In this document: positions 1 to 11,033 of the stretch, in pieces | How the letters are laid out: every line of letters begins with the position of its first letter | Position numbering within the stretch: the stretch's first letter is position 1 | Assembly: GCF_000143415.4 (NCBI RefSeq) | Contig: NW_003314262.1 | Coordinates: 6,162,885-6,181,961, forward strand | Source: Selaginella moellendorffii | Lineage: Eukaryota > Plantae > Lycopodiophyta | Direction: 5' to 3' | Length of the DNA stretch: 19,077 bases | Made by a program: the position numbers and the translations under genes | The notes under the pieces: generated by a model | Told to the model about the DNA's origin: nothing | The model's input: the letters and a program-made list of their open reading frames with translations, nothing else | Database searches by the model: none

Positions 1-109
1 ACCAAAATAAATTATGCCTCATGTTGTTATTTGGTATCAAAACATAGGTTAGATTAACCAAATTTAGTAGATAAATGAATACACAATTTTGTTTTAATTT
101 TACTTGAGT

Positions 110-1214
<1,105 letters not shown>

Positions 1215-1229
1215 GTGCAAAAAAAAAAC

Positions 1230-1259
1230 AATAATAATAATAATAATAATAATAATAAT
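1230..1259. repeat. (AAT)10 microsatellite
   Basis: Ten perfect AAT units next to an A-run; explains the poly-Tyr stretch in ORF 868..1311. Confidence 0.95.
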
Positions 1260-2014
1260 CTAGAAGTTGTGAGTGCTTGGAATATGAAAAGGGAATACAT
1301 AAAATGTGCATTCCAATTAGCCTAAAAACCCTAGCTTATATACAGGAGCGAGTGGTCCAGATTAAAATTAATCTGACGGCTATTAAAATCTTACTACACT
1401 ATGGCCCTCACAAAGTCATATTTTAATGTACAAATATGAACAACCCATTTAAATACTAGACTTCAACTTAGAAAGTTCCCCGTAAAACTACAAATTGGAT
1501 AGCTGGCATTTTTTTATGGTCATGAAATTGTGATCAATGAGCATGGTGACATTGAAGTTGTTAAATTGTCTAAGCATAGAGTAGAAAATTGCATTATAGT
1601 TTTGGTTTATAAAAACATATATGTATACATAAGATAAATATTTTAATTATATTAGTTTTGCATATGGATCATCCAATTGGGATTGAATCTTGTCCATTCT
1701 TGTATACAAACAAGTATAAAATATTTTAATTTTTTCTATCAAATGCCAAATTCAAAATATATGTCAATTTAGCAAAATGGTACTTGTAAATATTTGCATT
1801 TTATTAATAAACAAGTTATGAGATTAAAAGACACAAATGCATAAATCTAGTAGTGATATATAAGGTATTCTTGAATTTTCGGAACCCACAAGAGTTATAA
1901 AAAGGTAAAAATACAATGATTTTTAGTAGAATAAAAATTCCATCAACATCTTATAAAAAACAACACAAAATGAACACTCTATCTAGCAGACATCTAGCCA
2001 ACATTTGGTGAGTG

Positions 2015-2060
2015 GTAGCACTATAGTGGGTGCTACTTCTAAACACCCACTATAGTGGGT
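2015..2060. repeat. Paired palindromes / direct repeat
   Basis: Perfect 16-bp palindrome ACCCACTATAGTGGGT (2045-2060). CACTATAGTGGGT also occurs at 2019-2031, inside the inverted repeat GTAGCAC (2015-2021) / GTGCTAC (2030-2036). Confidence 0.9.
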
Positions 2061-2189
2061 ACATTGATTGTGGAGGCTTCCCATATGTATTGCCATGCAC
2101 CAAAATAAACAATATAAAATATACCTAAGCATCAAATCTAGGGTTTGCATGAAAAACAAACAAGAGCAGAGGTGGTGCCTGGCTAAACA

Positions 2190-3363
2190 CACTCATAGCC
2201 TCTCAGCATCTCCCTGTGAGGTAGACAATAGCATCACTACTTGCTTAGCCCTACCAAGGGCCTTGGCAATTTGTTTAGAGCCACTTTATTTCATTTTCCA
2301 ACCGCAAGCAAGGCCATCACCATAGCTAGCTTGCCTCCTCATCTTGGTGCTATTAGCTTCCTACACCAGTTAGTCCCTCCCGTTTTAGAAACAGTGACAT
2401 CGATTTTAAAAGCATTCCAGGGTTTTCATGCTCTAACACCGATAACAATGGCTCATGTTCTTGACACCTAGCTTCCCAAGGATTTGATTTGCTAACGACG
2501 ATGTTTTCTTTGGTGTGTTTTATTTCTAAATAATTTTTTTGTAACCTAATAAATAATATATTAAAACACTACAAAGAAATTATAAATGCCATGTTCTTGA
2601 GCTATCTTCTTTCTGCAAGAAAAGTAAAAGTGGAAACATGATTAAAAAAATGATGAAATTTTCTGCCTACAATATAAAAGTAGTCTGTCACAAAAGAACC
2701 TAAAAAAAACAAGAAAAAAGAACCACCGAGCTTATTTCAAAGATCCAGCGTCTAGGGGATGTGGCCATTTCAGCTGAGAGCGATCTAGCTTTGATCGACA
2801 GTTTCTTTATGCTCAAGTCCTGAGAACTGCCAATATTGCTCAAAGCCTATTGAAAACGATGTATATTAGTAAAGAACTATTGACGCATTTACCTTCAGCG
2901 GAAGTTTTTTCTCCTGCCCGAAGGGATACCAATGCCACAACTTCCACCTTGTCCAGTTGAATGTCCTCATCCCTTTGCTTGTTCTTGTGCCTAGATTTGG
3001 GTTGTGGAGCCAGGATCTAGAAGAAGAAAAGTAGTCATCAATGGACAGAACTCAAGCAAATGGTAATACACTAGTATGAAACACATGTTAACTTACATCA
3101 CCTTATGCCTTGGAAGTTACAAGGCCTTTTTTCTTCACGGAGTGTTCTTCGGCTTGCTTGATGTTCTTGGACACTGAAGCACTGACCCATTTCTTGCTAG
3201 GCAGTGTAATCAGCATCCAACTGCTTGCATTCCTCAAGGCATGGATAGCTCCTGAAGATGGGTTGCCTTACTGCAAATGTGCCGCATGGCTGCAAGCCAA
3301 GGTTGCCAAATCTGCCACTTTCGTCTTCCTTGAAGCTTAGCAGCGCTTGGCCATGGTCGTCAT
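2190..3363 (-). pseudogene. Degenerate multi-exon gene; basic low-complexity N-terminus and a CXC-like Cys cluster near the C-terminus
   Basis: ATG at 3363; the frame MTTMAKRC*ASRKTKVADL...KA*GD is broken only by TAA. Canonical intron GTAAGT..TTTTCTTCTTCTAG at 3096-3017 joins in phase 0 to ILAPQPKSRHKNKQRDEDIQ. 2450-2370 reads HCYRC*SMKTLECF*NRCHCF*NGRD. Confidence 0.6.
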
Positions 3364-5341
3364 ACCTCTCGTGCTGTAGAAGCGCTTGGCCACAGTACCA
3401 AGATGGTGCTGCAGTGCCACTGCTAGGGGCATCAAGAAGCGCTAGCTGCCAAGGGCTGCAAGCAACAAGCGCCTCAAATTTTAAACCAATTTTGGATTTT
3501 TATACATATTAATAAGATAATTTTAAAAAAACAATATTTCAATATTTAATACACTTTAATAAAAAATAATAAGTTCTAAATTATGTAATTTAAAAAACTA
3601 TTTACTTTTATATTTTTAAGTTATGTAATAGAGTTGACGAAGATGTTATTAATTTTTATCAGTTTTCCAATATATTAGAAACTATATAAGCAATTCAAAA
3701 CTATATCATACAGATTTAAACTATAAAATTATCTTTTAAAAAATTATCTTATAAACTACAAAGGTACTAAATACTAAATCAAAAATGTTATAACAAATAA
3801 CAAATTATATTACAACTATATAAACTACTATTGAATCTTTTCTTAGAAACCATCACATATATTTAAAAATGAAGTATACTCCTTTTTATTGTTGATATAA
3901 ACTATATATTAATATAGTTGATATATACAGTATTTTCTTGGTGTTTCTTGTGTATATAAAGAAGTTTTATGAGAAGACTTATAATGACTGGAGGCTCGAA
4001 ATTAATTTGTTTCACACCCTAATAAATACATGTTTTGGAAATGGACTACAAAGAGGAAGATATGGTGAAATAAAAGGATGGATTTGAAATCCTGACTGAT
4101 TGCACACCTTAACTATAAGATCTTGATTTTCTCTTCTTGAAGAAGAAAGAAGTGGTGTATGCTATGAAGAAACTATATTACAACCAGTTTCAAGGGTTTA
4201 ATTGCAAATAGTTTCATGGCATATTGCATATTTATGGTGAGGAACTTGTAGAGCACTTAGTTATATAAAATATCACTTTGCAAGGAATTTCTATGATGTT
4301 AGGGAGAATGTGGAACTCATATCTTTTATGTTGTCTCAAACAATGTGACATTCATTATAGCATCAATTCATGTTAGTCAGCATAATTATCTAGTAGTGAA
4401 TGGGGCATGGTTAGAGTCTTTGGATGTGGCTACATCTGTTGTATCAAAGGTAAAAGATTAATCTCCAAGAGTTTGACTTGTAGTTATAGCTATTAAAGCA
4501 ACAAACAAGTTGATTTCTCAAAATTTCTTGTGGTCAATTTTAAAAACTCCAACATGTTCACCTCATCAATTGAGTAAAAGCATTAGATAGCCTTTTGACA
4601 CTTACAAACAAATAAAAGTAAGATTTAATCAATTTGAAATATTATTTTTTGCTTACTTTAAAATATCTTTGCAAGATGAAAATGGTGATAGAGAACTCTA
4701 AAAGGAAATCTTTTTTTTTATAAAGAAACCCTCAAATTTCAATGCAGTTTTAATGCTCAAAAACGAGTTTAATTACAACTTCTTTTAAAACATTGCTTTT
4801 CTGGGATAAATCCAAGTTGAAGCTGAAGAATGAAGTCATGTTTTCAAAGTATTGGTGGTTTAAAAGTGGAGTTGATTTTGTTAAGTTGGGTATGAATTTG
4901 CAATACTTGTGGGTATGTTTTGACCATATATATAGAATTCATATGACTATTACTATATATGACCCAAGGTAAATATACTCTTTTTTAGTTATTATATTAA
5001 TAATAATTTTTTTATATAAAGTGCAATCCTCTATAAGCTCCTTGAATTTAGATTTCCTTGGAGATCATCCAACCTAATATTACTTAAACCTAACCCTAAG
5101 TATCCTAAAACATTTAATCGATTAAAAAAATGGTGCACTCTTATTCATGGGCATTTTCCCTCTATATTTGAACTTACAAGTTATCTCTCAAGTTATTATC
5201 TTTAATTGTTTCCAAATCTTTGATGGTGCTAGCTATTTGTGATATGAAAGAAGAAGATATACCAACTCAAGTTTTGTTTTAGATACTGCTGAATCAAATA
5301 TACCAAGTTAGAATAGGATCTTTAACACTATCAATGTTTTA

Positions 5342-5441
5342 NNNNNNNNNNNNNNNNNNNNNNNNNNNNNNNNNNNNNNNNNNNNNNNNNNNNNNNNNNN
5401 NNNNNNNNNNNNNNNNNNNNNNNNNNNNNNNNNNNNNNNNN
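5342..5441. other. Assembly gap (100 N)
   Basis: Run of N. Confidence 1.
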
Positions 5442-5462
5442 TAAAATTATATATAATGATGA

Positions 5463-5605
5463 TGTAATACATCTTATATCTCTCTCCTTATATCAATGAA
5501 AAGGGGGCATTGCTGGATAAGAGAACTCTTAGTGATTATTTTATCTTTAAGGTTTCAAAGATTGACAATGTATTCAAATTTTATTCTATGATCATATGCA
5601 CTACA
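5463..5605 (-). mobile_element. Solo or orphan LTR of the same TRIM family as 10444-11033
   Basis: TGTAATACA...TGCACTACA, colinear with both TRIM LTRs (tctctc.cctta, aaaagggg.ca.ttgc, cttagtg..tattttatc, atgatcatatgcactaca). Flanks GATGA/AGTAG do not form a TSD. Confidence 0.85.
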
Positions 5606-8600
5606 AGTAGTCTAAACAAGGTTTTAGTTGGCTGAGAAAGAAGTTATATTTTCTATCAGAAGTAAAGTCTTGAACATATGAAAAAATACATGTACCATGG
5701 TATTTAAATTTATTAGTTAATTAAAGGAATCACACCATATGCTAAAAGTGATATGTAGTAGTTCAATTTACTTTAGTTGGGCTCAATTTGAGGGGTAGGG
5801 TATCAAAAAAGCAAAACTCTTGGGAGATTTGTGACTTTTAGCTTTCATTCACGATAACATGAATTTGTAAAGAAGCACTATAAATTTTAAGCAATAAAAG
5901 AGAACAATTCAAGATATGATCTATTACACAAAAGTGTTTTTGATATTTTTCAACAAAGCTAGGAAAAAATCAAGTTTAGGGAGTGATTGAGGTGAGCAAA
6001 AGGGACAACACTAGTATTACGGATCCTTCAATAGCTTTACTGGAGTGGATATAATAAAGGCTAAACTCTTTTTTCTTCTTTTTGCTTCTATAGTCTGGTT
6101 TTCTCTTTTGTCTTGATTCAACTTCACGGTTGATATCTAGAGAATTGCAAGAAGCACTCCTAACAGTGGCACTTCAATCATATGAGATCTAGGAGATTTG
6201 GATAGCTTGTGCTATAAAATTAGGGTTTTTGGGCGATAGCTATTGCAAATGGCTACAACCTTAGGAGGCTCTTAAGTTATTACAAAGGTGGAAGAATAGT
6301 TGCAAAAGCTCTAGAAATAAAGTGTTTTACTAAGATTTATGTAACCTTGCTTGCCTTATTATGTGAAGGAAATAATAATAGTTAAACATCATGGCTACCT
6401 AGGAGAGTTGAACAATCACACTAAGGTGATTTTGAGTAATTTGGGATGTGAATTTTTTTTTAGTTTTTTTCTTCTTCAGAAGACCATGCATGGTGTTTTG
6501 CTTTGAGGATGATTGAGATGGGAGGATTTTTGGGTTTAATGGTAAAAATTATTACCACAATTGGGGCTAATAGTCAATAGAGGTGATTTTGTGTTATAAA
6601 GGATCTACATATTTCTTCTTCAATGTTAAATCTATAGGAGTTTTGCAATTATTTTAGTCCTAATGGCAGGGCTAGGACTTTTTTGAAGATGAACTAACAT
6701 ATTTATCCTATATGGGAGGCAAGGTAACATGTTCTGACTACGAGTTAAACAAAATTTACACCTTGTGTATGATTTATAAGTTGGAGTTATATTGCAATTG
6801 GACATCATTTTAGCATTTGAGTCATATTAGTGGTGGAGCACTTTATTGTGGGCTTCACACATTGTGGAGTAAAACAAGTGTCTTCAAATTTCACAATGGA
6901 GTCATCTAGAAGGCAAATGACCCAAGAGCTATCTTAGGCATTTATGTTCATAGCTGCACTTTGTAAGAGTGCACTCTTGACATTGTTTTAGTATATATAG
7001 GATATTGGGGAATATACATATATATTTCATTTAAACACATACCTTTATTTAAACTTTGTTAGAATGATTTGGTCATTTTTATCCTATAACAAGCTTTTAT
7101 GCATGCTTATGTAAAAGGCCAACTTATAGGAAATGGATTGAATTTTAAAGATTTTGTGGCCTGTTGACATGACTTCACAAGCTCACAAAAGGGATGGGAT
7201 TACTGTTGGAATTTGATCTATAACGAAACTAATTAAGAACCTTGAAACTGTCAAAAGAAAGTGACGAGTAACTAATAGATGCAGCTAATAAATTCACATT
7301 GTCCTAAGTATTAATATATCACTAGAGAACAAGGAGGACCACTACTACTGAGTAACCAAGAGTTTAAATGCTTCCAAGTCAAAGAAAAAAATATTCAAAA
7401 GATTAAAAGGGTTATATGTCAACTTAGAGCAAGATTTATAGTCAAGTGTTTAGAGGAAAATTATATAGTAAGTAAATTACTATAGAAACGTTATGCACTC
7501 CAACTTCTTATTTTTAAGGAAGACAATAATATAGCAATCCTCCAAAATACTACGATCAATTCATGTGGTTTTGTCTAATGGAAAGGGGTTAGCAAAAAGG
7601 GAGTCAAGTCAACAAGAAGTCAGAGGAGCCAAGACAGTTGACTAAAGAATATTCTGTTACAATATGCAAAGAATACTACCAAATTTTATTGCTGTTTTCA
7701 AATATGCTAAGAATATTATTTTGTAATAATTTAATATTAAAAATATTTCATCATTATAGCTATATATTAAATTATATAATTACTACAACTATAGTTTATG
7801 TTTGTATATGGATTTAAGATATAATTTATTGTAGTTATAATAATATTTGATATTACATAATAGTTTATAGTTACAAACCTCCTCTGGTTTACTATGAGTG
7901 GCAAATAAGCTGGTCCATAGTTATTCAGTATGGCATTAATGGATCCTTTTTAGGCATGATATAGAAGAACTAAATTACTTTCTTCTCACCTTTTTTGCTT
8001 TTCTCTCTTTTTCTCTTGTGCATAATCATTAATGAGCTTTGACATGAAAGCTAACTTTTCTTTAACATGCATGTTATAATGCTTTAGATACCTCTCCATA
8101 AACTCAACTACAACCTTTGTGTGGGATGGCATATCATCAGAAGCTTTCTTTATAATAATATGCTAAACCATTACACAATACTGGGATCACAATCTAGTCC
8201 AAAGGCATTGCAACCATTGCTTTGAGTAGCAATCAAGAAAGCCCTTATGCTATTGAAGAAGTCAAGGATACAACCCAAAAGCATCACATAACCATATTTA
8301 CCAAAGCTTTTGACTTTTGCAAAAGAGGTCACTTGTAGAAAATATTAGAGGTATTTTTTTGTTTAAAAAGAAATAACTTACCATACTTTGCATTTAATGT
8401 CATCCATAGTAATATTGGCTAATTCATGTTGGAGGAGATTTGATGAAAAGTTCAAAGGCAAAGCCCCCTACTTCCATTCTCTTGTAGAACAATAGCATTG
8501 AAATAACTTTGATCTATATTGCAAAATCAATTACTAATCAGGAAATACAAGAATTTTAAACATATCTGCTTTTTGCCTCTAAAACCCTAGTGTATTCATA

Positions 8601-9170
8601 ACTCTAGTATGTAGTCTTCAATTAAGACAAAGTGAGCTTGAGAAAACACTTCTACCATCTCAATTGTTTATGATGTCATCTTAAAAGCTAAACACCAGTT
8701 GAAAGTCCTACAAAATTCATTTGTAAAACTAACACCAGAATAGAGCTAAATTGGATAACTATCGTCATATTTCTTCATTAGAGTGGGAATACATAAACTT
8801 CTTCAGCTCCTCAAGAATTAACTTATGCTGCTTAAAAGCCTTGGTATTTAGACCTTTCTCATCACTAATCTTATGATCATCATCAGAATCCTTATTAACA
8901 TATTTCTTATATGTCTCGTAACCCTCTTGAAAAACAATTTTAGCCAAGTCTTCCATAGCTTTACACTAGACAACAAGATGGCCAAATGCTTTTGCTGTCT
9001 CATCTAGATCATTAATATATAGCTTCCACCTAAGCTTGTGAGAAAGCTTTCTTTTTTTCTTCTTTGAAACTTGGATCTCTTCCACCTTTAGATTAGCTAG
9101 AAAAACACAATTAAATACAAAATAAATAAAAAACAATTGTAGGCTTACTAAATGTAGTAGAAATCACATG

Positions 9171-10024
9171 TGCTACACCACCGAAGTGAAAACACAACTC
9201 GTAAAGAAGTGGAGAAAGCGTGCTCACCAAGGTGGTACTCATCCCCGGGNNNNNNNNNNNNNNNNNNNNNNNNNNNNNNNNNNNNNNNNNNNNNNNNNNN
9301 NNNNNNNNNNNNNNNNNNNNNNNNNNNNNNNNNNNNNNNNNNNNNNNNNNNNNNNNNNNNNNNNNNNNNNNNNNNNNNNNNNNNNNNNNNNNNNNNNNNN
9401 NNNNNNNNNNNNNNNNNNNNNNNNNNNNNNNNNNNNNNNNNNNNNNNNNNAGAGGAACATATGCTTTGGGCTTTCACCCCAAGCCTCCCTTAGTACTAAG
9501 AGTTAGTCTGTGGGACAAACTCGAAACTTACTAAATATAGAATGTTCTTAGATTGCAAATTTCGACACGGGACGAACACCATTGTGCTCAGAACAATCTC
9601 TACATTCCGTAGATATGCCAAATGAGCAGATCTAGACACTTTCCATAATTAGCATTTAGGACCGAAATTAGACTAACACAAAGGGCATGATAGCGAGGGT
9701 GTTTGGCAGACATGGTAAGCTATCATTCAGCAATATTGAGGGACTAGTCTCAATACGCAAGGGTTTTTATCACTAGCAAGTGCAAGACATAACGAGACAA
9801 GAACTCCTTACTGGGCTAAGTATGCTTAACTAATAATACATAGGAATTCCATCCTTATGTTTGTCTGGTCTAAATACACTCGAAATGCCTAACCCCACTA
9901 GCATATGAAGGGCTGATAAAGGGTCTAGCAATACCGACTTTTTGTTGTTATGGCAATAAGGAAAGAATATATGAAAAGAATAGCCGATAGGTAACTTTCG
10001 ATACCCGAAGTCACATTTGCGACA
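9171..10024. mobile_element. LTR-like insertion (probable solo LTR or collapsed LTR element) spanning an assembly gap
   Basis: TGCTACA...TGCGACA (TG..CA termini). Higher GC and retained CpGs versus the host. Removing 9171-10024 rejoins the host frame FDNVDEPT|HVISTTF in phase with the next exon. No clean TSD. Confidence 0.6.
9250..9450. other. Assembly gap (201 N)
   Basis: Run of N. Confidence 1.
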
Positions 10025-10443
10025 GGTGGGCTCATCAACATTGTCAAATTCCATCAAGAATTCCTCTTTAATAGTTGCAAGTTGCTTCTCCTTGAACTAG
10101 TCTTGTGCATGCAAGGTCTACATTTCTTGCTCCACCTTCAACACCATAACAACCCAATATTTAACCACCAAAGACAATTTTCCCATTTGTAATTTGTGAC
10201 TCTAGTATATTTAGGCAACTTTTCATCCCCATACCTGTAGGTAGGCAAGGAAGGGGACAATCATAGCTTAACAATAGTTGGAATTGCTTTCTACACATAT
10301 TTGAAGTATTTGAAAAATAAAAAAAAATAGAACTTGAAAAGTACAAAGTGATGAAAGTGTTAATTGTATATAAAATATTGCCTAACTTTCTTTATTATTG
10401 CATCATTTGTTTCATCCCCTTGGTTTTCATCATCATCCTCTTT

Positions 10444-10604
10444 TGTAGTGCACCTTATCTCTCTCCCCTTAGCTAATTGGAAAAGGGGCAATTGCTTGAT
10501 GAGAGAGCCCTTAGTGGCTATTTTATCCCTATTTATCCCTTAAGGTTCCAAGGATCCACAGTGATAGTATATCTAAATCTCATCCCATGATCACATGCAC
10601 TACA
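10444..10604 (-). repeat. TRIM 3' LTR
   Basis: TGTAGTGCA...TGCACTACA, perfect 9-bp terminal inverted repeat. Confidence 0.93.
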
Positions 10605-10617
10605 CTCACCCTCTTTC
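10605..10617 (-). other. TRIM polypurine tract
   Basis: GAAAGAGGGTGAG on the minus strand, abutting the 3' LTR. Confidence 0.85.
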
Positions 10618-10849
10618 AAATATATCATTGTCCTCATTGACTATTGACTACAACCCTTACTGAGCCATTGTATAAAATAGCTATTCCCATGGTGGATACT
10701 TTTGTCTGGGATGTTCCAGAAGAGGAAAGACATATGTATGGATGCCTAATACATACAATTTTTAAATTTAGGGTAGAAATATACCTTACTCAAGGGTATA
10801 TTATATCTTAAGTAGCCACTAATCAATGAAAATCGAACCTATGCCATTT

Positions 10850-10861
10850 GTTCTAATACCA
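10850..10861 (-). other. TRIM primer-binding site (tRNA-iMet type)
   Basis: TGGTATTAGAAC, 2 nt after the 5' LTR; two transitions from the canonical TGGTATCAGAGC. Confidence 0.85.
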
Positions 10862-10863
10862 CA

Positions 10864-11033
10864 TGTAATGCACATTATTTCTCTCCCCTTAAGCCAACTA
10901 AAAAAAGGGCAATTACTTGATAAAAGAGCCCTTAGTGGCTATTTTATCCCCATATATCCTCCAAGGTTCCAAAGTTCCAAGGATCCATGATGACAGTATA
11001 TCTAAATTTTATCCCATGATCATATACGCTACA
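10864..11033 (-). repeat. TRIM 5' LTR
   Basis: TGTAATGCA...TACGCTACA, colinear with 10444-10604 plus a small AAGTTCCA duplication. Confidence 0.93.

Larger units (their letters stand above)
4041..7690 (+). pseudogene. Degenerate multi-exon Mutator-like (RNase H-fold DDE) transposase gene; 3' extent approximate
   Basis: Long single-frame blocks interrupted only by stops: ~4041-4617; ~4676-4968 (..FKSGVDFVKLGMNLQYLWVCFDHIYRIHMTITIYDP, putative first catalytic D at 4922); 5220-5341 (LMVLAICDMKEEDIPTQVLF*ILLNQI); ~5659-5991 (SSIYFSWAQFEG..); ~6107-6320; further blocks to ~7690. GT donors at ~4618, 4969 and 5992. The SGVD..W..FDH..R....YD / A.CDM..ED...Q..FW..LN pattern is one I recognise from MULE-like transposases; the second D would fall in the N gap. 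Confidence 0.65.
10444..11033 (-). mobile_element. Complete 590-bp TRIM (terminal-repeat retrotransposon in miniature)
   Basis: Two LTRs (10444-10604, 10864-11033) with TGTA..TACA ends, 5-bp TSD TCTTT (10439-10443, 11034-11038), minus-strand PBS and PPT, and a 259-bp non-coding interior. Confidence 0.95.

Noticed and set aside
6107-6320. Death-domain-like look (W..CAIKLGF..P.EALKLLQRW)
   Set aside because: Too short and degenerate; treated as an unassigned exon of the plus-strand gene.
9148-9534. Five ORFs in the ORF track
   Set aside because: Artefacts of reading through the 201-N gap.
10444-11033. Cassandra TRIM (5S rRNA-containing LTRs)
   Set aside because: No 5S rRNA-like A/C boxes recognisable in the LTRs on either strand.
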